A model generated the notes under the pieces. The model saw only the letters and a program-made list of their open reading frames with translations, did not search any database and was not told the DNA's origin. Below, piece by piece: positions 11,251 to 25,118 of a DNA stretch of 64,000 nucleotides. Positions within the stretch are counted from its first letter, which is position 1. Every line of letters starts with the position of its first letter. Both the position numbers and the translations under genes were made by a program. The stretch is from Octopus bimaculoides (taxonomy: Eukaryota). The stretch covers positions 89,704,500 through 89,768,499 of the forward strand of contig NC_068981.1 in NCBI RefSeq assembly GCF_001194135.2. Direction: 5' to 3'.

Positions 11251-13283
11251 GTGGATGGGAGAGATGCTAGGACATCAAACGACAAGCCGTAACGTTTCTG
11301 TATCAGCTCTAATCATGTAAACTCTTATCCCGATTGTTATCACGGATAAATGTGCTTAACGCCGCCTCAGGATAGACTAGAATACTTGTAAAGGCTTGAT
11401 CAATGTATCTTGTAACAGAAGCGTTTCATATATGGCAAGTGTCTTCTGATGTCATCTCGCGTTGATTTATACTGTGTGAGTGAAATTTGCTTTTGGAAAT
11501 AGTACGGAAGCCAGTCATATCTATACATAACTGTATATGTGCGTTTGTTTTACTGCGTTTCTCGAATTAATATCGAATTAATATCGAATTAATATTTATT
11601 AATTTATTAATAAATTAATAAATTGATAATCCTTTACCCTTTTTAATTGTAATAATTATTCACTCCCGGATAGTAAACCACATGGTAATTCTTGAGGGAA
11701 GATGATGGGCTGGCTCGCCTATGTGGATTTGGAGATACTTTCAAAATGTGTCGATTGCCATGATGGCGCTAGATCATGCATGCACATTTGCCAGTATCGT
11801 CGAATTTACAACAGGAATATCATACCGATGAGGTAATGAAGAGTTTTTCCGTCTAAACCAGAAACATGTTTATGATTAACTATGGCTAGTTTAGTTCGTT
11901 ATTTTTCTTCTTGTTTTGCCTATGTGAGTTNNNNNNNNNNNNNNNNNNNNNNNNNNNNNNNNNNNNNNNNNNNNNNNNNNNNNNNNNNNNNNNNNNNNNN
12001 NNNNNNNNNNNNNNNNNNNNNNNNNNNNNNNNNNNNNNNNNNNNNNNNNNNNNNNNNNNNNNNNNNNNNNNNNNNNNNNNNNNNNNNNNNNNNNNNNNNN
12101 NNNNNNNNNNNNNNNNNNNNNNNNNNNNNNNNNNNNNNNNNNNNNNNNNNNNNNNNNNNNNNNNNNNNNNNNNNNNNNNNNNNNNNNNNNNNNNNNNNNN
12201 NNNNNNNNNNNNNNNNNNNNNNNNNNNNNNNNNNNNNNNNNNNNNNNNNNNNNNNNACATACATACATACATGCATGCATGCATACATACTTACACAAAT
12301 ACATACATACATATGCAAATATATTAGTATATAAAATTGCTTATATATACAAGATTATGATGATGTGTATAAATATCAGTAGCTTCATCGTCGTTTTTAC
12401 CTCTACTTTTTCCATACTTGCATGATTTAGATGAATCTTTTTGTAGTGGTTATCTAACGCTGAATCTTTCTTCTGACACCAAGACGTGCTTGTTTTCATA
12501 TAGAATACTGTATTCATACGCCGAGCTTCCAATATCCGCCATATATCATTTATGCGAGGCATAAAGAAATGTCACTGATGAGTATGCAATGTTAATGCGA
12601 ATTTGGACGGAGCAAAAGAAATGATAAAATAAATAAAGGCTTTTATTTGAGTACATCTAAAATAACCTAGTTGCGTGCCGGTAATCTACGTGTAATTTTA
12701 TGGTACATTTAAATATAAAGAACAAAATGTTTATATAGAAAGGAAAAGGGAATCTTCAAAAATGAAAAAAGTAACCAAAGAAATAACGAATTAAACAAGT
12801 AAAAATATAAATAATACAATGTCTAAATATAGATAAAAGACATGCAAATTAATATGTCAATATATGACATAAATGTTACAGAAAATCAAAGATCTATAAG
12901 TACATGTAATAAATGTAACCATACATAAATATATGTAAAAGGCGTTAGTGAAAGGATATGTGAAAATGTGTATGTAAAATTGTACGTAAATGGATGAAGT
13001 ATAAATAAATAGCTGCATGTGAGGAATCACAAATTTAGGACAGAAACACATGACTTCGAGCAGTGCAGGATATGGCAAGGTTATTTTAGCTTGGTATAGG
13101 ATTCTACTGCTTTTAGGATGGATTGTTGGTCTTTTAAAACAATACAAAAATGAAAACAAAATATTACAATATGCTTAAATATACATAAATGTACATGCAA
13201 AGGGAATATGCCTGTATCTGACATAAATGCTACAGAGATGCAAAGATCCACCAGTACACGTAAATATATATAAGCATACATAA

Positions 13284-13316
<33 letters not shown>

Positions 13317-14160
13317 NNNNNNNNNNNNNNNNNNNNNNNNNNNNNNNNNNNNNNNNNNNNNNNNNNNNNNNNNNNNNNNNNNNNNNNNNNNNNNNNNNNN
13401 NNNNNNNNTATACAAAGGTGTAGTTAAAAAGAATATGCAAGAATGTATATCATAAAAGGTATTTAAAGTGAGTATACATTAATAAACACAAGGAAGGGAC
13501 CACAATTAAATAGAAGCTTGGTACAAGTTGGGTCAAGCGCTAAAAGGATATAGGAGGATTCACTTAGGTAAGTAGCGTATAGTAATGCTGTTAGAAAAGC
13601 CGAGAAACAAGGTAAAAGCTGACACAAGGAACAGGTAGTTTCACTATGTGGGGTGTTAAACTACACTAAAGTTCGGGGTGGTCAATAATCTTATATTTAT
13701 GTAATAGAACGTAAAAGTTAAGACATGCCTAAACAGTCTTTACGATATTAAATTGTACATGAGTAGTGTTTGGGGCTTTCGTTTATGTGTGGGTTGCTAA
13801 ATTAGTTTTACAGAATGCTACACATATTGCAAAACTATATTAATATTGAAGGATTAGATGAGTTTGTTTATACTATTTAAAAATTTTATATTGGCAACAT
13901 AAAAATAAAAACATTATTAGATATATTAAGGTTTTGCGCTTTAATAGAAGAAAAAAATTAAGTTTTGGCAGTCCTGATGTTGTATAGTTATTCAGTTTCA
14001 AAGCATAACTTTAATTTAGATAACATTTTTATGTCTATACTTAATTGTTATATTTCAAATCCTATATCTTGAAGGAATACAAGACATCATTTCTCCGTTT
14101 TAGGTTTTTGGACATGTGCAACATGGTTGAAACTTAATTTTAGTTACAATTGATCGGGTG

Positions 14161-14192
<32 letters not shown>

Positions 14193-17100
14193 NNNNNNNN
14201 NNNNNNNNNNNNNNNNNNNNNNNNNNNNNNNNNNNNNNNNNNNNNNNNNNNNNNNNNNNNNNNNNNNNNNNNNNNNNNNNNNNNNNNNNNNNNNNNNNNN
14301 NNNNNNNNNNNNNNNNNNNNNNNNNNNNNNNNNNNNNNNNNNNNNNNNNNNNNNNNNNNNNNNNNNNNNNNNNNNNNNNNNNNNNNNNNNNNNNNNNNNN
14401 NNNNNNNNNNNNNNNNNNNNNNNNNNNNNNNNNNNNNNNNNNNNNNNNNNNNNNNNNNNNNNNNNNNNNNNNNNNNNNNNNNNNNNNNNNNNNNNNNNNN
14501 NNNNNNNNNNNNNNNNNNNNNNNNNNNNNNNNNNNNNNNNNNNNNNNNNNNNNNNNNNNNNNNNNNNNNNNNNNNNNNNNNNNNNNNNNNNNNNNNNNNN
14601 NNNNNNNNNNNNNNNNNNNNNNNNNNNNNNNNNNNNNNNNNNNNNNNNNNNNNNNNNNNNNNNNNNNNNNNNNNNNNNNNNNNNNNNNNNNNNNNNNNNN
14701 NNNNNNNNNNNNNNNNNNNNNNNNNNNNNNNNNNNNNNNNNNNNNNNNNNNNNNNNNNNNNNNNNNNNNNNNNNNNNNNNNNNNNNNNNNNNNNNNNNNN
14801 NNNNNNNNNGAGAGAGAGAGAGAGAGAGAGAGAGTTCGTGAGTGTTTGTCTGTGTGTTTGATGAGACGAATAAAAAAGTACGAGCAAGACATGTAAAGGA
14901 GTGTAGGCGGAATAATGGCATAAGTAGCATCTGTGGGTTGGTGAATTCTTAATGTCAATGAATTGTTGCAGTAGATTATATTGTATTAATTTTACAGTAA
15001 AAGTCAATGAATATTTGTATTATTCCGAATTGTCATTGATAGGGGAATATTTTATGTCTATTACTGTGATACCGTAGACGTAAAATGAAAAGTGAAGCCG
15101 GGAGATTAATCATAATAGCTTCTTTGAAATTTTACCATTTTTAAGGTTCGTTCAGTTAACATTACAACTTTGACGGTTATTTATTTTATAATAATCTAAT
15201 TAAAGTAATACATGTATTTATCTTATTTCCTGGTTCTTATCCGATAGGCTTTTGGTGGCATAAAAAATTCATAATTGGTTTAATAATTTGGTATTTTCAA
15301 CATTAATTTTCAGTATAGTTAGGTAAATTTGCGTAGGAACATGCGCTTATATGCAAATTTTGGTTTCGAAGTTAACCTCCGAAGGTTGATTATTCGTAAT
15401 AAATATAGATAGTTGCTATTGGGAGTGGATATTATTTGAAGGTATGGCTTCTGTCTATGAAAAGAAAAATGCATGCAAGGTGAATTATAGTAATGCAAAG
15501 TGTTATACAGAAGTGTAAAATTACGTAAAGAAAACATAATTTCATACAATATTGTTTGATAAAATGTAATACATCATTTCATTTATATTAATAATGGCAG
15601 AAATATGACGTATCGGGATTTAATATATAATGTAACAGTGTGACATTAATGAAAGTGGTGATAAAAAGGCCACAGAGTACGATTATCATGGCGTGTCTCA
15701 AACATACAATCAGACGTAGACAAATATAAACTTGCAAACGGGTATGTGCATATTTAGATATACATACGCTCATACTTCCCCAAACGGGTAAGCTCGTCGT
15801 TACATATCAGAATGCATATACCTAAATAAACATATAGAAGGTTACTGTGATAATGTTATACAATATGAAGACCAAATTATAGGTAGGCCTCATATAACAA
15901 ATATTCCAATGCAAGTAAATAAATTCATATATATATATATATGTGTGTGTGTGTATGTATATATATATATATATATATATATNNNNNNNNNNNNNNNNNN
16001 NNNNNNNNNNNNNNNNNNNNNNNNNNNNNNNNNNNNNNNNNNNNNNNNNNNNNNNNNNNNNNNNNNNNNNNNNNNNNNNNNNNNNNNNNNNNNNNNNNNN
16101 NNNNNNNNNNNNNNNNNNNNNNNNNNNNNNNNNNNNNNNNNNNNNNNNNNNNNNNNNNNNNNNNNNNNNNNNNNNNNNNNNNNNNNNNNNNNNNNNNNNN
16201 NNNNNNNNNNNNNNNNNNNNNNNNNNNNNNNNNNNNNNNNNNNNNNNNNNNNNNNNNNNNNNNNNNNNNNNNNNNNNNNNNNNNNNNNNNNNNNNNNNNN
16301 NNNNNNNNNNNNNNNNNNNNNNNNNNNNNNNNNNNNNNNNNNNNNNNNNNNNNNNNNNNNNNNNNNNNNNNNNNNNNNNNNNNNNNNNNNNNNNNNNNNN
16401 NNNNNNNNNNNNNNNNNNNNNNNNNNNNNNNNNNNNNNNNNNNNNNNNNNNNNNNNNNNNNNNNNNNNNNNNNNNNNNNNNNNNNNNNNNNNNNNNNNNN
16501 NNNNNNNNNNNNNNNNNNNNNNNNNNNNNNNNNNNNNNNNNNNNNNNNNNNNNNNNNNNNNNNNNNNNNNNNNNNNNNNNNNNNNNNNNNNNNNNNNNNN
16601 NNNNNNNNNNNNNNNNNNNNNNNNNNNNNNNNNNNNNNNNNNNNNNNNNNNNNNNNNNNNNNNNNNNNNNNNNNNNNNNNNNNNNNNNNNNNNNNNNNNN
16701 NNNNNNNNNNNNNNNNNNNNNNNNNNNNNNNNNNNNNNNNNNNNNNNNNNNNNNNNNNNNNNNNNNATATATATATATATATATATATATACATACACAC
16801 AAATGCACAGACAACTGAAGCATTTATCAACGAAAGAAGATTCTTATGTAAATTGTGAACGCACCCAATCCTACTACTAGGAATGTCTGAACAAACATAT
16901 ATAGAATCATATAAATAATCATATAGTGATATAATTACATGGAGGTGCACTAATATCGTCATAGATATGCAAAAACACTAATTAACACAATTCTACATAA
17001 ATGATTATAAGGAGACTGTAATAAGATATAAAACAGGAAGTGCCGAAGTAAAAAAATTATACTTTGAGAATAAAAGGTTTGAGAAATATCTTGAAAGGCG

Positions 17101-18184
17101 CATATTCGTGAAAGAATGGAGATGTGTTGTGTAGAAGGAACAATAGCAAATATTGTATAAGTGCAATGACAAATGAATAGATGTACGTTGTATTAATTTT
17201 GCTGTATCACCAAGGTTAGTACAGTATTCCAAATATTCAATGGAATTGGATAATACTGGACCTATTATGAAAATAAAAATTCAGGAAATGTAAAATGAAT
17301 ACTTTTAGAATTAANNNNNNNNNNTGTTAAACAGAAGAATAGGAAGTGGGACACGTACATTGATTTATATTGGACAAATGAGAGCAGAATGACCAATACA
17401 CCTTGTAAGGATATGGTGTTATTGAAATGGTAAATATATCTCGTGATTTGATTTTCACGCGGTTGCAATCTTCAGATGGGAACAGTTACAATTCGTAACT
17501 AGTGATGTATGTTTTATTCTTTGGTCTGTGTGCAGTCTAGCCGTTGTGTTTGTTCATTAGTTTACGTTTAGGATTTCTTGACTGAGTGCTGGTTTCTTTT
17601 ACCTCTTCATTGGTTCTTTATTTTTGTGATGTATTTTTCTTTGTATTTCTTGTAATTGTTGGTAGGCCTATGTATTAACTTGATCATGATTTGTTCGTAA
17701 GTTAGTTTTGGGACGTGTTTTCTCTTTTCTGTGTCTGTGAAAAGTGTGTAATGTAGTGAATCTTGTTTCATCCATACTTCTCGAACATACATGCAAAACA
17801 AGAATAACCTTTCACCAACTCACGAAAAAAGCAGCGCTTAATTAATATATACGGAATGCAAAACGATAAACTAGCGCAATCACTAGACCACGTGATTATC
17901 AACAATTAGAAAACTCTACATCACAAAAACTTACGTAAAAAACGTATGAAGAGGCGACGAATAAAAAAAATCGATCAGCGTGCAGCGAAAACCACTAGAC
18001 AAGCAAAGGCACTAGATCTTAGACACACAAACCAAAGGACATACATGTATTACCAGCAGAACGTTATAACAGTTGTTGCCTTAAGATCGCATGCGCGTGA
18101 AACTCGTGTCACGAGACACACTTTCTATTTCAATACAACTGTGTGTGGGAGAGGGGAAGAGTGTATTTGTGTGTATATGGTATG

Positions 18185-18225
<41 letters not shown>

Positions 18226-18864
18226 GGTGTATACATACGTTGTATTTCGGCAACAAGTAAGCAAAAGTCCAAATATTCGGCTGTAGAGACAGCAGAGGTT
18301 TCTTCAATATAGAAGATGCGAGACTTGGAAGGGGCAGTGTCACCAGGGTTAGTGCTAAGTTGACAGAAGCTGGAGTGTGAGCAACACCGAATGTATCACC
18401 TGGGTGTGGGTACACCTAATGACTCTATCACTGATGATGTTTCGAGATGCATCACAGGATGATGTGTAGAAAATTGTGTTTCATAAGAACATATATGTAT
18501 ATGTTTTCATAAAACACAACATACATGTGTGTGTGTACGATATATATATATATGTATATATNNNNNNNNNNNNNNNNNNNNNNNNNNNNNNNNNNNNNNN
18601 NNNNNNNNNNNNNNNNNNNNNNNNNNNNNNNNNNNNNNNNNNNNNNNNNNNNNNNNNNNNNNNNNNNNNNNNNNNNNNNNNNNNNNNNNNNNNNNNNNNN
18701 NNNNNNNNNNNNNNNNNNNNNNNNNNNNNNNNNNNNNNNNNNNNNNNNNNNNNNNNNNNNNNNNNNNNNNNNNNNNNNNNNNNNNNNNNNNNNNNNNNNN
18801 NNNNNNNNNNNNNNNNNNNNNNNNNTATATATATATATTATATATATATATATATAAAACTTAG

Positions 18865-19960
18865 ATATGTTTCGACCAAAGATTGGCCCAGGCCATGTCT
18901 AACTTAATAGCACCACCTGATAGGATTATCTAAATGCTTTTTACATCAAAGTTTGTTTATGGTCCATTCAAGCAGTGAGTTCTTGTTGAGTGTGTCGTAT
19001 CCAAGTATGGGTGGCTTATCTGGTATTCCTTGAAGAAATCTGTCCAGACTTCGTTTAAAGGTGATGGGATCCTTTTCCTCTTTGGTCAGTTTTGGGACAA
19101 TGTTAAACAGGACAGGGCCTGTTGAGGAAAAGAAATTGTGTCGCAGTGCACCTATACGTTGTGATCCTGAATTGGGCAGAGGACTATGGCCCGTGCTCCT
19201 AGCCTTGGATGAACCTTGAAACTAATGTTCAGGTCGTTTGGGCAATGCTGGCGGTATATTCAGCACACCGTACAAACGATGTACCGACCGCGGCGGCCCT
19301 GGAGAGTGGAGAGTTTCAAGGCTTTAAGGCGGTCCCAGTAATCGAGATCAGTCATGCCTTCAATTCATTGAGTGAGTGCCCTCTGGGGTGATTCAATTTT
19401 CGAGATGTTTTGTTTTGCATGGGGCACAAGGGGTAGCAATATTCGAGGTGTGGCCGTACAAAGGAGGAGAAAAGTGGAATGATGACACCTCGTTCTCTGG
19501 ACAAGAAGGTTTTTAAGATCCAGGAGCTCATCCTACGAGCTATGTCGACGACCATATTCTTGATGTGGGAACTCTAATTAAGATTGTTATCAACAATTAC
19601 ACCTAGGTCTCTGATATTATTAGATGCTGTGAGCGGTTCCCCCGAAGGAAGAGAGTATGGCTGTTTTAGCATAGTCTTTCTTCCAAAATGCATCAGCTCA
19701 ATTTTTCCCTCGTTTAGTTACATTTTGTTTTTGTCTGCTCATTAACTCACAGCATATAGATCAGACTGGAGTTGAGCTCGGTCTTCTTCATTGATGATTT
19801 GCTGGAGCTTAGTGTCATTAGCAAATATTTTCATTTTGCATTGATTTACGACGATGCAAAGGTCGTTTGTGTAAATTATAAAGAGGAGCGGGTTCAAGAC
19901 AGTCCCCCGAGGGACACCACTGGTGACTTTTTCTGGGCTTAAGTGGACTCCATCAACCAC
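18865..19960 (-). mobile_element. 5'-truncated CR1/L2-group LINE (RT and thumb fragment)
   Basis: SGVPRGTVLNPLLFIIYTNDL...KIFANDTKL (19742-19960) and LFSSFVRPHLEYC (19352-19555). Frameshifted. Confidence 0.85.
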
Positions 19961-19989
19961 AAAATGTTGTGTTCTATTCGCCAGGAAAG

Positions 19990-20027
<38 letters not shown>

Positions 20028-20104
20028 TATATATATGCATCATATGTTAGGTTGAAGAAAAAGTCTGTGCGCCGTGTTAAGCATTATTTTAACACGGCAT
20101 TATT

Positions 20105-20558
20105 TCTAAAATCTTCTGGACGATCTCCTTTTTAAAGTTGGTGAATGCTGCCATAATCCTTGCCTTCAGTTCATCTTTGGTATTACAAGGGCAGCACTAC
20201 CTCTCCAGGCACTGGATGTAGACCTCCGTGTTGAATCTGAGACGGCATGTGAAGATGAATGGAGGCATAACAACGCCATCACTAGTGATCACTCCAAACA
20301 TCATTTTGATTGGTTCTTTGATTTTTATCACTCTCAGTACAGTTCCACTGATTGCACTGTCCTCAGCTTGATCCACACACACTCTGAAATGTTCGTACTG
20401 GAGCTTCTGGCAGAGTGAATTGCGTCATGGTGCTGGTTTTCCTATAGACAGTGCCAAACTGACCCTACTATACTTTGTAGTCGCCAAAATCAAAAACAAA
20501 TAATGCGTGTGCATGAAATTAAAATATAAAATGGCACCAATTTACCCATCGCACCCTG
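20105..20558 (-). mobile_element. Internally deleted Tc1/mariner (DD37D/maT-like) DNA transposon
   Basis: One TIR, TA|cagggtgcgatgggtaaattggtgcc, at 20558. Transposase pieces MTQFTLPE, MMFGVITSDGVVMPPFIF...NTEVYIQCLE and PCNTKDELKARIMAAFTN are joined by deletions. Confidence 0.8.
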
Positions 20559-20562
20559 TATG

Positions 20563-20597
<35 letters not shown>

Positions 20598-20619
20598 GTA
20601 GTAACAGGAAAGGAGGAAT

Positions 20620-21440
20620 TTCGATTATCCCCACGTGGTGAGTTGTAATATATATAAAAGAAATTAAAAAAGGAAAATACACACACTTTACATAGTTTTC
20701 ATATAACTTTTAATATATCGACCGGTTTCGCTTTCGCTATTCATGATATTAAGGTTTACTTATTTGAATATGTATTTTTTTAAGAAGAAATGTTTGTCCA
20801 TGTTGTGTGTGATGATATTTACGAGTGAATGACTTCACAAGTAGAAATATAAGGGGAGGTAATTGGTTATCGTTATTATTGTTATTGTTGTGGGCAAGGG
20901 AGATAACTGTTCAGCTTTCGTTAAGGGGAGGGGAATATATATACACACAAAAAAGTTTCGAAAAACTTCTTCCGTGAGGGGATTTATGTACAGTGATGTA
21001 ATCGTGAATTGAAATATGTAAAAAGATAAAAGTTGGTTATGCTTGCATATTAAGACGTGTTCTGTATTTTTCGATGAAAAAAGTTTCTTTATTTAAACGT
21101 TCTTGTGGAGAAATTGTGTCTTTGCACTGGTAGAAGGGGAAGACTGTGAAATTTGGTTTGATGGTATCTGCACATTTTTCTATATGTTCACTGAGAGGAA
21201 TTTGTCTGTATTGCGGGAAATGGATTTGCTCTGAGCGGTTTTCCGTCTCAAGGTCATACTCGTCTGTCCAATATAGTTGTGTCCACAACCCGAGCAGGTT
21301 ATTACATAAATTACTTCCTCAGAGACATAAGTGAAACTAGATTTAATTGTGGAAATCTGTCCTTGTTTGAAAACGAAATCCGAGCCTTCAAGTAAGTTTG
21401 GGCAGTTTCCGCAGTTTGGGCGTCCACATTTGCTTTGGCA
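20620..21440 (-). mobile_element. Penelope-like element 3' end (Neptune-style GIY-YIG) plus pLTR
   Basis: KCGRPNCGNCPNLLEGSDFVFKQGQISTIKSSF...VIYVITCSGCGHNYIGQT, then after a frameshift FPQYRQIPLSEHIEKCA...FPFYQC...RLNKETFFIEKY. A hammerhead-like motif lies about 300 nt downstream on the same strand. Confidence 0.85.
20711..20750 (-). ncRNA. Minimal type I hammerhead ribozyme with a non-canonical A3-U8 core
   Basis: Minus strand ATATC-ATGAATA-GC-GAAA-GC-GAAA-CCGG-TC-GATAT. Stem I is ATATC/GATAT, stem II is 2 bp with a GAAA loop, stem III is the palindrome ACCGGT, and the cleavage site is GUC. Confidence 0.65.
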
Positions 21441-22094
21441 TTATATATATATATATATAAAACCTAATATATACACTCAAACTCACTAATATGTATTGAT
21501 ATATACATCTATGTCAACTCATGTTCGTTTACGACCTCTTCTCGGACATGGACGCGACATTTTGAAGCACAGCACCAGAGAGGAGTCGTACGGGCGGCCA
21601 GAGAATCGCGACTGCTACCGCATATGCGAGAGCAGATGCGTGCATTATAAGCGAAGAAATAACAAAAAGTATCCATTAAAATATATAACAAAATATAGAA
21701 GGAAATATCAAAAGTTTATAGCTAAATGAAATGAAGTTGTCAGTATTTTTGATTTGTTTTATATCACCCCTTTTTAGGAAGCTTCCTTAGAAACGGAATC
21801 ATATACAAACTCATAAATGCAGGAAGACTGTTATTTTGCCTTTGAAATACCAGACTCGAAGTTTAACAAAGTTACCAACGATAACAACATAATCGGTAAT
21901 GTAATGTTTTGAAGGAACAGAGGTGAAAAAAGAGACACACAAGCATGGACCTTCAGGCATAAACAGATAGAAAGAAATACACGGTAAGACTTACAGAGAT
22001 ATGTTTAAACACGGATATTGACCTAGATAATTATTTTCAAATAAATATGTTTGTAACTTTGTGTTCACTCAAAACACACTGCTACACATATAAG

Positions 22095-22382
22095 CAACAG
22101 ATACGATCAACGGAACAGCCTGCTCGTGAAATTAACGTGCAAGTGACTGAGCAATCCACAGACACGTGTACCCCTAATGTAGTTCTCAGGGAGATTCAGC
22201 GTGACACAGTGTGTGACAAGGCCGGCCCTTTGAAATACAGGTACTACTCATTTTTGCCAGCTGAGTGGACTGGAGCAACGTGAAATAAAGTGTCTTGCTC
22301 AAGGACACAACGCGTCGCCGGGAATTGAACACACGACCTTACGATCGTGAGCCGAATGCCCTAACCACTAAGCCACGCGCCT
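22095..22382 (-). mobile_element. tRNA-derived SINE, family C
   Basis: Head ggcgcgtggcttagtggttagggcattcggctcacgatcgtaaggtcgtgtgttcaattcccgg with A/B boxes. Matches 63383-63690. Confidence 0.9.
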
Positions 22383-23011
22383 TCATACACATAAACATAC
22401 AACCAGTATATCATTCATTATATAAATGTGTGTGCACGGAATTTTACAATATAATGCCGATTGCAGTGAAAACTATTTGTGAGAAAGAAACTTTCTGCAG
22501 AGTGACTCGAAATGCTAGAAACAGTAACCAATTATCCATCAAATCTCACCCTACTGTCTGAAATACTTTTGGGAAATATATGTATATCTGCATGCTTTCA
22601 TACATATGTGTGTAATTGTGTGCAAGGACATGACTGTGTATGAATTTAGATATATATATCCATAAATAAATTTCCAGTAATAGTTGCAATTTCGTTCGGT
22701 TGGAGAAAAACAAAACATTCGAAAACGACCGCAAAAGTTATGAGGGTGGGTGGTCACTCTAGAATTTTGCGCCGTTTTTTTTTTCGTATATCTAGCGATA
22801 CATATACGATGTCTTCTTCCTTTTTCAAGACGGTAGGGTGTGAAATTAGTGCATTTGGTTACTATTTTCTGGTAGGTCAAGTCATTACATATTCTTTTGC
22901 AGGCTATTCCTAATAGTAACCCACGTCATTTCCCAAACGCAGGCTTTAAGATAGCGCAAAACCGTTAGTATAAGTAAATATATATATACATGTATATATA
23001 CATGTATATAT

Positions 23012-23095
<84 letters not shown>

Positions 23096-23541
23096 NNNNN
23101 NNNNNNNNNNNNNNNNNNNNNNNNNNNNNNNNNNNNNNNNNNNNNNNNNNNNNNNNNNNNNNNNNNNNNNNNNNNNNNNNNNNNNNNNNNNNNNNNNNNN
23201 NNNNNNNNNNNNNNNNNNNNNNNNNNNNNNNNNNNNNNNNNNNNNNNNNNNNNNNNNNNNNNNNNNNNNNNNNNNNNNNNNNNNNNNNNNNNNNNNNNNN
23301 NNNNNNNNNNNNNNNNNNNNNNNNNNNNNNNNNNNNNNNNNNNNNNNNNNNNNNNNNNNNNNNNNNNNNNNNNNNNNNNNNNNNNNNNNNNNNNNNNNNN
23401 NNNNNNNNNNNNNNNNNNNNNNNNNNNNNNNNNNNNNNNNNNNNNNNNNNNNNNNNNNNNNNNNNNNNNNNNNNNNNNNNNNNNNNNNNNNNNNNNNNNN
23501 NNNNNNNNNNNTACATACATATATATATATATACATACATA

Positions 23542-23574
<33 letters not shown>

Positions 23575-23584
23575 ATATGTATGT

Positions 23585-23630
<46 letters not shown>

Positions 23631-24103
23631 TTAATCCGATACTCAACCATCATAGGTTTCGCGCGATTATATCCGCAGTTAGTCAATCAGTGTTTGGGTG
23701 ATGGATGATGACGCCACAATTTGAACTCGAGAGACGGTTACATTATATAATCTAGTTGCAAGGGAATATTATGTATAAAGAAAAGTAACAATTAAAAGAA
23801 CGTAGTATTTGTTTTTTTCCCTTTTGGGTTCTCTTACCTAAAAATTTTTAGAAATATCATTGTATTATCTGAATTAATATAACACCGAAGGTCTTTTCTG
23901 CATTTTTGTGAGTTTTATTGCTTAACTCGTGTGTTTGCTGTATACAATGACATTCTAATTCATATTAACTATATAATATGTGGTTTGAGAGTATATTGGC
24001 TGTGTAGTTTTACCACGTCGTGGTTTCAATGCGCCTGCAACATGGATAGCTGTCAATAGAGGTTGCCGAATAGGAACTGTAACACTATTTCCTTGTACAT
24101 ATA

Positions 24104-24243
24104 CAGTAATGCCTCGATTTTCGAGTTAATTCGTTCCTGGAGAACGTTCGTAAAGCGAAAACTCGTAAACAGAAAATAAAACTGGTAAAACTCGTAAACC
24201 CGGGGTCTCGTAAAGCGAGTCAGCGTAAAGTGAAGTATTACTG
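24104..24243. mobile_element. Tigger/pogo-like MITE
   Basis: TA|CAGTAATGCCTC...GAAGTATTACTG|TA. Imperfect TIRs with a TA target duplication and repeated internal cgtaaa motifs. 140 bp. Confidence 0.75.
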
Positions 24244-25083
24244 TATTTTTTTGCTTTGGCACTAAAAGAAGTTACGTTGTCAAAAATCTCATAAATCTCA
24301 TACGACACTCTGAAAGGTTAAAATGGTGGAGGTGCCTTCTATTATCCAAACGCTGATTACATAATTGTGAAGATGTTCGCATGAAACTTAAAATGTCGAG
24401 CAACGGAATTGTCTTAAAAAGAGAGTTACTTACCCATCGAGATGATGCTGAGAATTCACATGATATATATATGTATGTGTGTGGGTGGGTGTGTGTGTGT
24501 GTATGTATGTATGTATCTATGTATATTAAGACAATGGATCTAGTCAGAACTTTGGATAATTTTTCATTTAGCGTTCTCATCATGATCAAGATATTCATCA
24601 TGAATGAATTTTTTTTTACAGAAAATTTGTGTATTTTACATATATGTAAGTTAGTTGAAGAAATCTGGAACTGAATCTCTTCTGGGTTCAACTCCAGCTT
24701 TATTCAATTAAATCAAATAATATATATATATATATATATAAGTTATAAATTCCCTGTAAAACATTCACGAGGAATCTCTCTGACACNNNNNNNNNNNNNN
24801 NNNNNNNNNNNNNNNNNNNNNNNNNNNNNNNNNNNNNNNNNNNNNNNNNNNNNNNNNNNNNNNNNNNNNNNNNNNNNNNNNNNNNNNNNNNNNNNNNNNN
24901 NNNNNNNNNNNNNNNNNNNNNNNNNNNNNNNNNNNNNNNNNNNNNNNNNNNNNNNNNNNNNNNNNNNNNNNNNNNNNNNNNNNNNNNNNNNNNNNNNNNN
25001 NNNNNNNNNNNNNNNNNNNNNNNNNNNNNNNNNNNNNNNNNNNNNNNNNNNNNNNNNNNNNNNNNNNNNNNNNNNNNNNNNNN

Positions 25084-25118
<35 letters not shown>

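Noticed and set aside
12341-12600. Possible RTE or Tc1 relic
   Set aside because: The similarity is ambiguous and broken in all frames.
22320-22382. tRNA genes at SINE heads (also about 37360-37420 and 42590-42631)
   Set aside because: The A/B boxes continue into multicopy SINE bodies and there is no complete cloverleaf.
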